From Phyllobates terribilis (taxonomy: Eukaryota), in NCBI RefSeq assembly GCF_046119375.1, contig NW_027362771.1, positions 261,206,001 to 261,270,000 of the forward strand: DNA of 64,000 bases, written 5' to 3'. Made by a program: the position numbers and the translations under genes. The notes under the pieces are model-generated. The model worked only from the letters and a program-made list of their open reading frames with translations. It ran no database searches and was not told the origin of the DNA. Positions within the stretch are counted from its first letter, which is position 1. Each line of letters begins with the position of its first letter. Positions 1 to 13,543 of this stretch are shown piece after piece.

Positions 1-164
1 GTCTCACCCTATCATACGTTATAGTTAAATTCTCCTATATTGATATTAAGTCTCATTTCAGTCCATAAACGTATTTTCTTCCTGTTATATTATTATGATA
101 ATCTGATGTATGTATGTGTTTATACACATATATATGTGTGTATGTATATATATATATATATATA

Positions 165-1113
165 CAGGTGCATCTCACCAAATTAGAATATCATCAAAAA
201 GTTAATTTATTTCAGTTCTTCAATACAAAAAGTGAAACTCATATATTATATAGAGTCATTACAAACAGAGTGATCTATTTCAGGTGTTTATTTCTGTTAT
301 GTTGATGATTATGGCTTACAGTCAATGAAAACACAAAAGTCTTTATCTCAGTAAATTAAAATAATTAACAAAAAACACTTGCAAAGGCTTCCTAAGTATT
401 TAAAAAGGTCCCTTAGTCTGTTTCAGTAGGCTCCACAATCATGGGAAAGACTGCTGACTTGACAGATGCCCAGAAGGCAGTCATTGACACACTCCACAAG
501 GTCCCAGAGTTACAATTTTCCTTTGGAAATCAAGGTCCCAGAGTATGGAGGAAGAGTGTAGAGGCACACAATTGAAGCTGCTTGAGGTTTAGTGTGAAGC
601 TTCCACAATCAGTGATGGTTTGTGGAGTCATGTCATCTGCTGGTGTAGGTCCACTGTGTTTTATCAAGACCAAAGTCAGCGCAGCCGTCTACCAGGAAAT
701 TTTAGAGCACTTCATGCTTCCCTCTGCCGGCAAGCTTTTTGGAGATGGATATTTCATTCTCCAGCAGGACTTGGCACCTGTCCACACTGCCAAAAGTACC
801 AATACCTGGTTTAAAAACAACAGTATCACTGTGCTTGATTGGCCAGCAAACTCGCCTGACCTTAACCCCATACGACCAAGTATTGAGTGCATTTATTGAA
901 CATACATTTCAGTAGGCCAACATTTTGGATTTTAAAAACATTTTTCAAGCTGTCGTGTAAGCCATAATCATCAACATTAACAGAAATAAACATTTGAAAT
1001 AGATCACTCTGTTTGTAATGACTATATATAATATAGGAGTTTCACTTTCATGTATTGAAGAACTGAAATAAATTAACTTTTTGATCATATTCTAATTTAG
1101 TGAAATGCTCCTG
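165..1113 (+). mobile_element. Internally deleted Tc1-like DNA transposon (949 bp)
   Basis: Long (~180 bp) imperfect TIRs (CAGGTGCATCTC... / ...GAAATGCTCCTG) flanked by TA. The N-terminal start MGKTADLTDAQKAVIDTLHK (441) is joined to a DDE fragment (VMVCGVMSSAGVG...LQQDLAPVH...WPANSPDLNPI). Confidence 0.9.
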
Positions 1114-2879
1114 TATGTATGTAATATATATACATATATATATATATAAATATATATACACACGTGTGTGTATATTCCCTTTGAGCAGTAAGATTTTAAT
1201 CTGTATCCCCCTGAATATAATAACAATTGCCTAGAAGACTTGGTGCTGCTGTCCTTAAAAATCATGGAGGTCATGTTACTTCAACTAATTTGAGTAAAAC
1301 TGAAGATTTTGTAATGAAATGTAATTTTGGAAATTGTTTTTGTGTTTAGTGAGAGATTGATTACAATCTTACTTTTGAAGGGGAGTGTACTCATTTATGC
1401 TGAGCACTGTGTGCATGTGTGTATATACTGTATCTAAGCATATTTTTTGTCTGCCTTCTGATTTATTATGTCTCTTGATCCCTTATGTCCTCATTTCATT
1501 TGCTTTTCTACTTTCCACTGTATAATGATTGAATAAACACATTGAAATATAAATCTGAAAATGAAATTCACAGTATAAAATATAGGATTCATACTTTATT
1601 ATGACAAACTAGGTAATTATATTTCTTCATATGTTCAAGTGGCATATATATTGTGTATATCTCTGTTTCATCTACTAATAGATTAGGCCTGAAAAGTCAG
1701 GTATAGTATTTCTATACCTGGTATATATTAATATACTATTATATATTTATACAATGAGACACATGTCACAAGGCCTTTATTATGACATTTCAGAGCAGTG
1801 CCATCAATGAGTCATAGTTATTAACCACTACAAAGGCGAAGAGGATTCTAAATCCTCAAGGATACACTACTCAGTGACACTTTAAAGCAATGAATGGAAA
1901 TAAGAGCTTACACCAAGTCCTTGGCAGAAAGCTTTTAGTAAAGCATTAAGTCATTTTTTTATAGTACTTCGATGGCATACAGACAAAAATTGGCTTAGAT
2001 AGAAAATGCACTGGCAAGGAATTATGTAAGGATTAAAATTATCCATACACAATTCAACTTATCTGCTTTTAGCAGGATACCCACGCTCTTGAAAATGTGC
2101 CAATCGAATGGATCAGTGGTTGTTGGCTGAACACATTTCATTTTAAAAATAACCATGTCTTTACACTGTGCAGAGCTATGCTAGGTCGTTCTAATAGTGG
2201 CAGTGGCTATTGTCATTGCCAAATAAATCAGTGACTTAAATGTCATGCAAATTTTTTCTTTCTGTTAGCTCCATCAGCATCAATAAGAACATGACAAAGA
2301 AACATAATTAATTTGCACATAGAATATATTTCCAGCTGATGATATAACCTATATACACAAAAGTAATGGTAATTAAAAAGCTGACTTTTCAAAATAAGCT
2401 GTCGTGTTTACACATGAGTAAAAACTCTATATTCGGTCATCACATGATGTGTAAACCTACAAAATGTATTAAAAAAGAGGCAATAGTATAATATAAATCA
2501 CTGTATTAATTAAAGATGAATGATATATTCAAAAAGCATGTAAAACACAGAAGACAAGATAAAAGAGGTTTAAAAAAAAAGGGGGAAGGAAGTTACATGA
2601 TTAAAGGGCTTTGTATAATACATCATCAGTAAACGGTGTATAAAGTGCAGTGTTCATAGATATTCATTAATTGCATAATATACAATTAATAATAAAATAT
2701 ATATATATGTGTCAAGTGACAATAAAACAATTGAATTCATAATAAATTAATATCACACAGTGCAACAATGTCAAAATCCCATCATGGGAAGCTGAAGAAT
2801 TTCATACTCCAATCAAAGGGCTGAAGACATGAAAACTGACCAGAGAAGCACACCACAGCATCTTCACACCACTCCAATG

Positions 2880-3496
2880 CACTTTTCACTGTCGTTTCAT
2901 CAAGGTGTTGGAGTCTATTAAGATGATAGATCTCTATTTCAGCCACCATTGCCATTTTGCTCAGTACGGTATGCTATGTGACATCCAGTTTCACTTGCTG
3001 TACAGGATGGATCAATCCTGGATCCAGCTGTACAACCATTTCTCCAAAGTGTCCCAGGAGCCTTTTTTCAACACTACATCAGGCCGCATGTTGCTCGTGC
3101 TATTGTGAGCAGCCTGCATGGCCTAAATGTGCTACCATGACCTGCAGCATCTTCAGAAATGACTTCTATTGAGAACATCTGGGACAAAATTGGTCAGTAA
3201 TTGCAAAGAGAGCTTCCAGCCTCTGATTTTGATGATTTGCATGCCCAAATACATTTTGTGTGGCAGAACATTCCTCAGCCAACCATTAATAACCTTATTA
3301 ATAGCATGCGAAGTGCAAATATTACAGTGTGTGGCCCTCATACTCCGTACTTAATAAATGTATGTTAAAAAAAATTTTGAACATTTTGTTTCCATTTTTT
3401 TATAATTTGCATATCATTAACATTTATATTAATCCTGTGATTTTCAGAACTCCATGTCTTTTTTTCTTGGTCTTGCAATTTCAATGTTAAGAAATG
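2880..3496 (+). mobile_element. Degenerate Tc1/mariner transposase 3' half and right end
   Basis: Frameshifted remnants read QPFLQSVPGAFF...RPHVARA...P*PAASSEMTSIENIWD. Boundaries are approximate. Confidence 0.7.
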
Positions 3497-3868
3497 TATT
3501 AATATTTTTTTAAAAAAACAAGAGATAATGAAAAATCTCTGAGGAACATTTATTTTTCTTTTATTTTTAATTTTTCCCACTGTAACTGGGGCATACTTAA
3601 GAGCCCCAGTTACAGGGGAAAACATCCCCCAGGCTTTACTGGCAGAGCTGATCTGCATCTGCTAGGACTCAGCAGCTCTGCTATGTTGGCAGAAACCCGG
3701 CAATCATGTGATTGCTAGGTTCTGCATATTAGGAATTGTTATGTTGCCTTTGAAATGGAAAACATAATCTGTAATAAACAGCTTTTGTCTTCTCCCCAGG
3801 ATCCCCAGGTGTGTTTGACAGTTGTGGTCAAGAGACATACCTGTTCCTGCTAGATTGCAGGAGCTTAA

Positions 3869-4978
3869 AAGGGTGGTTCACTACTAAGACAACCCCTTCT
3901 CAATCTGAGTGTTTGCCCCCGTTAAAATAAAAACACTCAGGGCTCGCTTACACGAGCATATAACATGCCCGAGTGCTGTGCAATGTTTTATAGCAGAGAA
4001 CTTGGACCTGTGTTATTCTATGTATTTCAACAAACTGACCGGCACTTTCAAACAGAAAAAGACAAGTGTGAACAGGTGCAAGCTAAGAGAGTCACTCTAT
4101 ATATAACTAACAAATTAAAGCTGCACTCTGAAACACTATAATATGTAAACATTAAATATATGAAATTGGAATTGCATTACTGCTGTAGAAAATAAGTTAA
4201 AAAATGAAGGTACTTAGCGCATAAATTAGCCACTTCATCTGAGCCCAACATGAATTGGCCAATTTATTTGCTAAGTATCTTCATTTTTTAACTTATTTTC
4301 TAATAATAACGCAATTCCAATATCCTATATTCAATGTTAACATATTATAGTGTTTCAGAGTGCAGCTTTAATTTGTCAGTGTTATTTTATGGGGCAGCTC
4401 AGATTTTCAATTTTTTTCTCATGACGATTTGACATGAGAAAACAATCACAGCGTGCTGCGAGTGGCTGCGAGACTTGGCTCACACGTACCCATAACAAGT
4501 CTATGCTGCGTGTGAAACATCGAATATCATCCGAGTGAAGTGCAATTACTGTGGACACAGGCAATGGAGACATTACTTTCTCTATCTTCTTCTCACCTGT
4601 GCTGCAATTCTCTAATGCTAGAGAATTGGAACACAGTGCACTGACAGTCGGATCAAACTCTGACAGAGTTTGATCCAAGAGTATTTGCATAATCGGCTTC
4701 TCTGGAATGAGAGAATCCACAGCCATGTGACCCCAATCTTATACTCTCCTCCTGTGCTAGTTCCATTCCTGAGTCAGAGCTGTGCCTGGCCGCTCACGTC
4801 CTGTCAATTACTTAAGCGTCCAAAGGTGAGGAGAGCGAAGCCGGCACGTGAGCCCCGGGAGAGCGAGTGCCAAAACCGCTGAAACGACGCCGGCCCAGGA
4901 GGTTAGTATAAGTATTTTTTTTTAATGGGACAAAACACTCAGATTGAGAAGGTGTTGTTCTAGTTGTGGACAACCCTT
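3869..4978. mobile_element. Kolobok/T2-type MITE with nested insertions
   Basis: TTAA on both sides. ~45-bp imperfect TIR (AAGGGTGGTTCACTACTAAGACAACCCCTTCTCAATCTGAGTG versus its reverse complement at 4935-4978). Confidence 0.75.
4106..4380. repeat. Fold-back (palindromic) element, class uncertain
   Basis: ~120-bp inverted arms (ACTAACAAATTAAAGCTGCACTCTGAAACAC... / ...GTGTTTCAGAGTGCAGCTTTAATTTGTCAGT) around a ~25-nt spacer. Confidence 0.85.
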
Positions 4979-5999
4979 TTAAACCTTACCCTGTAAATTT
5001 ACAATAGCACCGAGTTAAAGCCCAGAGCCAAGTGCCATAAATTTACGATGCCTGGTTGTTAACTAGTTAATGAGATCAAAAATACATGCAGGCCAGAGGG
5101 AATTGCATATCACTTATATCATACTCTTTTGTCATAGTCTACTGATACCAGCTACTGACCTTTTGCTGCTCATGTATCTCGGTCTAATTGATTTGACCTT
5201 TAATCTTTACTAAATTTATGCACAATAAAGATTTGATCATAAGAATGAGATCCTTCACTTTTCTCGATGAATAGTGATCCTTTGTGAGTGAATGCTTACA
5301 TTAATTAGCAATAGCATAGATGTAGACTACTTTTTGTTGGGGGAAAAAATCTTTCAGTAGGTGTTTGCTGAATTCCATAAATTTAGGAAGCAATATGGAA
5401 TAGTGATCAAAATACTTGTGTAACTATTCATCAATAGATGAAACATTTTCTTTATGTTTCTTATTGTACTTAACTAGAATATATATACATGTGGGGTTCC
5501 TACTCACTTGGGTGCATCGGGAAGCAAACAGGAAGCATTTTCATTTAAATGTCCAAGTCGGTTTATAGCTTCATAAACCGGTCAAAATGGAAACGGCCTT
5601 TAGTGCAAGCAAAACAAAGATGCACCAAGTAATCCTCTTAGTGCTTACGTGCACTAGAGCAACATTCCTGGATTACATCACAGAGGACAACCATCTCTGT
5701 GATACGTACCTCCCATCGAATATGTGTCCATGAGCTATCTTACAATATATATGTTTTACATAGGAAAATAAAGCACAGGCAGTGATGTCCATAAGTCTGA
5801 TCTGTCGCATTCGTAGCCAATCTCTGAGACAATTATTTACCCATCAGTATTATGACATTAAGACCAAAATATTCGCTAAAAACAAGGAACAAATAGCTTT
5901 TATTGTTTCTATGTTCTGGAGCTTGCTGTGCAGCCTGTGATATCAATAATTTTCAGACAGTGTAAGCTAGTAATAAGCAGATCGATCCACAGACATTCT

Positions 6000-7760
6000 A
6001 CTTTGGGTCAAATTTCCTGAAATTCACATGATATGTCAAATTCAAACACTCTGCGATTTGATTTGCGAAGAACGGCCCAAAAAAATAAATGCCCAGAGCA
6101 TTTACCACACTTTTGAAGACTCAGGGAGTGGGCTACCAAAACGTGGCATGAACAATGGGCGTGGTAGCATGATTGAAAAATAAAACATATCAGTGAAAAA
6201 ATGTGGGAATCGCTAGCAGCAGCAACACCGTTTGCACTGCTGGTAGCAACCATACGGCAGTAATAGTGCCAAATGCAGGTCACACTTGGCCTCCTTTTAC
6301 CTTTTGAAAGCGTATTAGTGGGGAGGAAGCAAAGGGCATAATGAAATATTTGTCACACCACTCAGCTAGAGTCAGTGTTTTGCTCAGTCAGCCTTCTCTG
6401 CCTCCATAACACTTAATGCTATACTGAGCGTAATTTCAATCCAGTCAATAAAACTTGTTTCAGTTCTGCCCCACAGTCCCCTAACCTGCAGCATTTTGGA
6501 GGCTAAGGAACGTACAACACCAGATCAACTTCTTTCAATTGATTTATTGTAAGAGATGAATAGTCAGCCTTTGTTCTTGAGTGACATGAAGCCATAGAGG
6601 ATGGAGAACGCAATTTCTGTGCCAAGCTGTGTTTCGATCCCTGTGAACTGTGCTGGTGGGAGCACTGGCAGTGGTAGTAGCCCTCTGAGCCAAGGCAAAC
6701 CTTGAGTTGTGAACCAGTCATGGCGGAAGAGCTCAGGCCATTTCCCACACCGGGGTAACTGTGAGCAAAATCAGGAATTACGATGATGATGATGATGCTG
6801 CGGTGGACAAAACCTGAGAACCACACTGGGGTGTGGGAGGTACAGTCATTAGAGGAGGAGGGTGTTGGCCTTGGAGTTACACAGTGCAGGTGACATGTGG
6901 CTAAAAGATTCTGTGGGGTAAATTTGGCTTTTTCTGCTGTCCGCTCTGGAGCTTGTGATGCCGCTCGTGCTGTTGTTGAAGTAAACTTAATAGCGCCTGA
7001 AAGTCTGGTTGCAGTGGTGGCAAGTTGTACGTGTGAGCATTTAGTGTGTGTGAGATCCTTTGCACCTGCCACTTGACAATTTTTTTTGGTAGTCTGCAGG
7101 CTCTGTAAGAGGAAAATAAGCTGTGGACGTTCAGGCTCATATAGACTAGAAACTACATTTCTCCATCAGGATATGACATGACATCACTGGTTCATTTGGC
7201 AAAGGCCTGCTGGCCAGCAAGAATTGAGTTTTCCTCTTCTCCCTTTCACCACACTCTTCTTTCTGTCAGCCAGAGTAGTATCTGGTCAGTGTCATCATCA
7301 CCACAATCATCAGTATAATCCAACACAACTGCTTGTCATACTCCGATAAAGTCTTCTCCTCTTTCCCCTTCACAATGGTAAGTATTTATCCCTAACTGTG
7401 TCGAAGAAACTAGTGTACATTCCCAGTCATCCATTGTTTTGCCAACTAAACTCTCACCTGAAAAAGTTGTTGGTTTTGCACTCGCTGTCAAATCACCTTG
7501 TGGAATCTGCTGCTTCTTGAGAACTGATGGCATGCACACCTCACTAGAAGATACCGATCCTCCATTATTTCTTGCAGAAATGCCCATTGTTTTTTCTCAC
7601 ATGCAGGTGAACATAGGCCGTTTCTTGAGTTGTCTTTGAGCTCCAAAGTGCACTATACTGTAAATAACTGGAGCATCAACTGTGGGCAGAAACAATACAT
7701 ATTTTTCACAGATCACCAGATCACTGCGTGAATCTTTTAGCAGCAGCGATGCACCACCAC
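6000..7760 (+). pseudogene. Highly decayed hAT (BED-finger) transposase relic
   Basis: Manual translation gives *QFFLVVCRLCKRKISCGRSGSYRLETTFLHQDMT*HH (BED finger, 7074-7190), HLVESAAS*ELMACTPH*KIPILHYF (7490-7570) and SKVHYTVNNWSINCGQKQYIFFTDH (~7640-7720). These are collinear with the hAT transposase at 53725-54933. Boundaries are approximate. Confidence 0.75.
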
Positions 7761-8815
7761 ATCTGGGACAGGTGATGAAGCCTCAGCGACTGGGAGCTAC
7801 ATTTGTTTAAACCACACTACACCTCTTCTTGATCCTGCTCAACATACATGACCCTAACCCCCACAGGCACAGGTTACATCTTAATTCCACACATTACATT
7901 TATTCTTTTTGTTCATTCACAGTAATGCACTGCCAAGTGATTTAAAGGGACTTTGTCAGCACAGAATGACTGTTCAAACCACGTACAGGGCGTGGTGCAT
8001 CATGGCATGGCTATTTATTTAAATACTCCTTCCCACCGGCTTGTTTTCCATCTATAGACACAGCTATGTCATCAGACAAATTAAAAAACAGGAGGAGGAA
8101 AAAATGAAACCACAAAAACAAAACCTGTCAGCATTCTAAGGAGGTTAAATGCTAGTAGACACATAAAATAATGATATTGGGTGCGACAAAAGCAGACCCT
8201 GATTTCTTAGTGACTGAGCTAAAATAAATTGTGGCGTGGTGGCTGAAAGCTAGTCATTTGAGTCAGAGAAATACAGCAATAACTGGTGCAGAACTGCAAA
8301 CACTGTACAGTTGCATAACATGAGTGCTGTACAAGTGCAAAAGGGATGAATCGCAGCACTGATTGTAGCAGCTCCATGCCTAACAAAGTGTCAATGATTC
8401 CTCTCTCCCTCTATCAGTCTATCGATTTCTTGTACTTAAAGAAAATCTGCTATGTCAAAAAATGTAATTAACTTGCAGATATCGGGGTTAATCTTCAGGT
8501 TAATAGTGCTCTTAAGCCGTTCGGACTCCGCACCGAAAGCCTGGCTGCCAGGAGTAAATGAACTTTTTTCCAATAGCCTCTGACTTTCAGTCATAGAGGC
8601 GCAACCGGCGAACCACACCCCGGCAGTGATGCAGTGCTGAGCCGGCTGTCAGTCAGTGCTGGGGCGTGCTTATAGCCATTGCTCTCTATGTACTGAAGCC
8701 GTGCAGTCTGAGCCTGTATGACTGAAATCCAGAGGTTTCCTCCCGGCAAACGGATTTTCAGTGTAGTGGCCGAATGTCTTTAGAATGCTGCAAACCTGCA
8801 GATTAGCCAAAAACT

Positions 8816-9085
8816 CTAGTCCAAAACACTGTCCACAGCCACTTCTCTGTCCAGGTTTCTACTCTCCTCTTCATAAAAATTTAAAAAGCTACTTTTACAT
8901 CTTCTGTTCTTAGTAAAACCAATCAGGCTATCGCTTATTATGTTTTTTTGTTTTTTTACCAAATACCCCTCTATACAGTCCCTTATAAGCCTCTCAAAAA
9001 TAGTTCCCACAATAGAGGTTAAGCTTACTTGTCTATAATTACTCAGTATAGACACAGAGCCCTTTTTAAAAATTGAGAGTCTTTA
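8816..9085 (-). mobile_element. CR1-type LINE reverse transcriptase fragment
   Basis: PIFKKGS...NYRQVSLTSIVGTIFERLIRD...IISDSLIGFTKNR...FYEEESRNLDREVAVDSVLD matches the CR1 RT N-terminal motifs. Confidence 0.85.
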
Positions 9086-9662
9086 AAAATTATATACTGG
9101 GGAATGGCAGTAACTGAGCTGAGCTCCTTAAGAACTCTTAGATATTGTTCAAATTGATTTTGTTTATCTGAGCTTGTACTGTATGTTCATATACCAAACG
9201 GAGCATATTAGTTGAAGTATTAAGAAAATATATTGGAAAATTGTAGAGTTTTTTATTTATACAGCGAATGTGCTTTTTTTTTTTGCAAAGAACTAGAAAC
9301 ACACGTAACATTGAAAATCACATTCCATTCCAATGTCCATTGCAGATGGACAGCTTGCTAGATGGGCCTGTAAATCTGTACAAACATTTTTATAACTTGT
9401 TTATAGCACTTTCTATCTGGAAATATACTGGCTGGTGACCTGTTCATGTAGTGTTACATCAATACCTTTATCATAAAAGTTGGCTGAACCATACAATATA
9501 AGCACTTTTTAACTTTTGTATCCCTATTTCCTCATAGATTGTAGGCTTGTAAGTGCTGCTGATACATAAAGTGCTGCAGAATATGTTGGTATTATGTACA
9601 TAAACATTATTATTATCAATTATTATGTTATAGATTGTCATGTCTGGTTCTTGTCTCCATAG

Positions 9663-9808
9663 CATAGTTGTCAGTCAGATGGCAACTCCATCTACTTTCA
9701 TGGAACAGAGGGCAGTGAATATAACTTTGCAGCAACAAGAGATGTTGATTTATCTACTGAAGACATCCAGGATCAGTGGTCAGAAGAATTTGAGAGTCAG
9801 CCAGCTGG
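9663..9808 (+). CDS. RELN: Reelin coding exon (approx. human exon 11), 146 bp
   Basis: Acceptor ctccatag, donor GG|gtgag. Translates [48 protein letters not shown](G). Confidence 0.97.
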
Positions 9809-10589
9809 GTGAGCATTTCTCTTGCAAACATAAAACAGCACTCTAACTAAAGACACCTTCAAAATAACATATTCAGAAATTACAAAATACATTTCCTTTG
9901 ATATTTTTTAGTTACCCTACAGTTTATTAAAAAATAAATAAAAGTGAGAAAAATGTACAAAATAAGTGCATTAAAACAGTTTTGAAAAGGTGTACAGTGC
10001 TTCAGAATGTAAAAAATAGCATATAAATAGTCTACCAGTTTTATGGATAAGGTAATCGATCTAGGGTCCAGTTCTTCTTCAGGCTAAGCAATAGTAAGCG
10101 AACCAGCAATCACCCACTTGAATAAATACATTTGTCTCCATGTTTTTTCCATCTAAAACAAAAAAAATAACACAAAGACATCGTACGGCAGAGCTTTACG
10201 CCGATGAGAGGAAATTTTTGGCCAATTTTTTTATACTCACAAACATGGGTTGAATTTTCATGATTTCACTCATGTTACACAAAAAACATGTATTTTCTAA
10301 TTATTTACCTTAGAAAGTTTGTGAACCCTTCAGAATTTTCCTTGTTCCTGCATAAAGATAAGGCATCCTATGACATGTCTTATGACACTATGTAGGCTTG
10401 GCTTGCCGGTTGTGAAGCATGTTTTTAACAGTGTCTTCTTTAATAAAGTATCATGACTATGTCCGAAGAAGACTGCAAGATTTAAGTAGTCTGTGTATAA
10501 AGCTCATGGAAAATTGCCATATATACCCTATATTCATTTTACTCATTAATTAATTGGGTTCTGTGATAACCTGAAATTGGGTGTTGGCA

Positions 10590-11276
10590 TGCCTAGCATT
10601 AGCTTCTTGCGTCTGCTTTTGGATTGTTGAGAAGTTGTGGACATTTTCAGTGATACCTTTTTTTAAATACAACTTTTTGATCACTTTTATTCCATTTTTG
10701 TGTGGCGATGAAAAAACAATTTTTGGCATAGTTTTATTTATATAAGCAGTACACTGAACACAGTACAAAAATAAATAAAGTGACAGCTTTATAGCTTTCT
10801 TTGTTCTAGATGCAGAAATAACAATTATTTGTTCTTTTTTTTGTTTCTATATGAATACTGCATTTTTAATGCCAAAACATTTTTATGTGAATTTTTTTCA
10901 GATTTTTTTTTATTTCTTCAAAAATATTATTGAACTTTTTTTTATTAACTTTTCTTTGTCCCACTATGGAAATTGTATACTATTTCACACTGACATAAGG
11001 CCTGTTAGACCCTGCTTATGGCACAGTCTATCAGGCCACCATTGCTAGCAGACTTGGAGACACTCTGCAATCGTGTTGCTGGGCAGCCTATGGTGTTAGA
11101 GAGGGAGCCCCTCCCTCTTACAACCTTCTAGATGCAGTCACTGTTGGCATCTAGAGGGTTAAACTTCCAAAATCGGTACTGACTCTCATCTTAGCTGTCT
11201 GCTGCAGGAGCTCGTGTGTCAGTTAAGCCAGGCTCCTGGCAGTGATCATCTTTATGTAACTGTACATCTGAAGGGG
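10590..11276 (+). mobile_element. Right-end fragment of non-autonomous piggyBac-like element
   Basis: Ends GAAGGGG|TTAA. Similar to the right end of the 20531-24791 element. Left boundary is approximate. Confidence 0.55.
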
Positions 11277-12513
11277 TTAATTACAGTAAATACAAGTTGT
11301 TAATTAAATACTGGGGGTTAATTAAATACTCAACAGTGCTGTTTAATTCTATGCGCAGTTTACATGGGGACATCACTGGAGCTGATAATAGCTGATCTGT
11401 GGGGGTGTCGGACGTATCCAAAATTTATGATCAGTTCTAACACTGTTGCATTTCATAGAAAACTTAATTTGAAAAGCTGGCCAGGGGCTTTGAGTCTCAG
11501 ATAAGTAGTCCGAGGCAGTTCCCCTGCTGCTTTACTCTGCCCCACTCCCTATGACTGGCAGGTGTTTCTCTAGACTAACATATAAGGAGAGATATGATAG
11601 CCATCGGGAGCAGGGTGGGGAGAAGCTGTGGCTCTGGCAAAAAGAATGAGCCAATAGATTCCCTTTAATTTATTTGTTTTGATAAATAATAATATTCCTT
11701 ACAAAGCACAAAGTGCATGTTTACAGCCATTACTATAACCCTACACAGATGAATGCTGCATGTGGTTTGGGGAACAGTTTAACAGATACTTCAGTGCCTT
11801 TGGACAGTGCAAGTCTTCCTTGAAGGATAATATACATGTATACCATATTGAACTGATTAAATACATTGTATCTTTTGACAGATTAAGCTGTCAATGCAAT
11901 ATGCATATTATTGTGAGAAAATTGCATTCAAAGTGTGCACCTTCCAAAATGTGATTTTGTAATTTCTAATGCTTTTCAGGAAATAAAGGATGTAAGAGAA
12001 TTACATATAATAATAACTAATCGATTGCTTGTTTTCCGAATGCATCATTTTGGACATTGCTCACATGTCTTAAATTGCAATCTTAGGTTAGTATTTGGGT
12101 GAATGGAGAGACATCTACTTGAGTTGGAGTAATTGGAGCATATTTATAGCCAGTGAACCAGAGAGAGAGTGTGGCAAAATTAATTGACTGCCAAGTAAAT
12201 CAAGCATTCATTTCAACTGTAGTATTCTTCAAGACCTCCATTCACTAGTGGACCTTTCTTTTCTTCCATAATGGGATTTAAATTCCACTTAGAGCAGTGA
12301 CTTCCAAATTATATAGTAGAGCTATTTGTCATTAACGCAGACTCAAATAATATACAGTAGACATGTGAAAGCTCACTGAAAGCCACAATAATACCTGTCA
12401 CTCTAGGTCAGATGTCAAGAGAGAAATTATTTAAGATTAGTTGAGTAGGCAGCAATACATTTAAAGCACTGCTGCCATTTACAAAGGAAATAGCATTCAT
12501 TTGTATTTGTTAA

Positions 12514-12863
12514 AGGGTTATTCTCAAGTTTGATAGTTATCCCTTATCCAATGGATAGGGAACAACTACCCAATCACTGAGGGTCCAACCGCAGGAGCCT
12601 CCACTGATCCCAAGAACCAGGGTTCATTCTAATAGGAGTGCTGAAGATCAGTCAAGTGCAGTGCTAGGCTGATCTTCGTCAGTCCCATTAAGAATGAATG
12701 AAGCGGCAATGCACATGATCAAGCTCCGCTGCATTCATCCGGGGCTCTTCAAAGCCACAATTCTCAGGATTAATTGGGGCCCCAGCAGTCAGACCTCAAG
12801 TGATAAGGAAGTTTCCCCCTATCCCAAGAATTGGGAATAACTCTCAAACTTGAGAATACCCCT
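12514..12863. mobile_element. Kolobok/T2-type MITE (350 bp)
   Basis: TTAA|AGGGTTATTCTCAAGTTTGA ... TCAAACTTGAGAATACCCCT|TTAA. Confidence 0.85.
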
Positions 12864-12867
12864 TTAA

Positions 12868-13543
12868 CGGGAATCTGTAAATAGGAACAACCCTCCTAAG
12901 CTATGTATATGGGCATGTAGGTCATAGGAAGCTGAATAAAGTAATACCTTTATATCTGCGATTCGATGTCTTATGCCAGAGGAATCAACATTTTTCTTAT
13001 ATTTAGATGAGCTGTTCAAAACTATGGGCCGGACACTGATCTGCATGAGAATCTGCCTCCAAAGCTTATTTTAAATGAAAGGGGACATTAACAGTCTGAA
13101 ACATGTAACTAACACAGAGCAGTAGAGCTGAACTTTGTCTCCTTACAAACAGATTAGCTGCAGCTCTCACAGCTCTGCTGTAATGTAACACAATTGTAAC
13201 CCTTTCTGCCTGTGAGATTGAAGCTGAGAGGAACCTGCAGATGTGTCAGTTATAATCACATACAGCTCTGCAGTGAGATCAGGAGAGCAAAGAGTGGCCA
13301 TTACACATACACACACTGGTAACGCCCCCTTTTATTTAAATTTAACTCTGGAGGCACATTCTCATGCATATCAATGTTTGGCCCATAGCCTGGAACAGCT
13401 CATTTACATATAGGAAAAACGTGGATTTCTCTAGAATAAAACATCAGATCGCAGATATCAATGTATCATGTTATTCAGCTTTTTTATGACCTGCATGCCC
13501 ATATAGATGGCTTAGGAGGGTTGATCTTACTGACAGATACCCT
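12868..13543. mobile_element. Kolobok/T2-type MITE (676 bp), abutting the previous MITE
   Basis: Long imperfect TIRs (..GGAATCTGTAAATAGGAACAACCCTCCTAAGC.. / ..GCTTAGGAGGGTTGATCTTACTGACAGATACCCT|TTAA). Shares TTAA 12864-12867 with the previous MITE. Confidence 0.8.

Noticed and set aside
6503-7072. 189-aa minus-strand ORF with a SAP-like ending (DYSSLTINQLKE)
   Set aside because: It is the antisense of the decayed plus-strand hAT transposase. The SAP-like match is too short to be meaningful.
1-9662. Previous RELN exon (..WALDNILIINSAH..FFPGATVK)
   Set aside because: No matching translation was found. It is presumed to lie upstream of the window.
10050-10086. Minus-strand CCTGAAGAAG as a hammerhead
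   Set aside because: There is no GAAA box and no complementary stem II. It is at most an unrecognisable relic.
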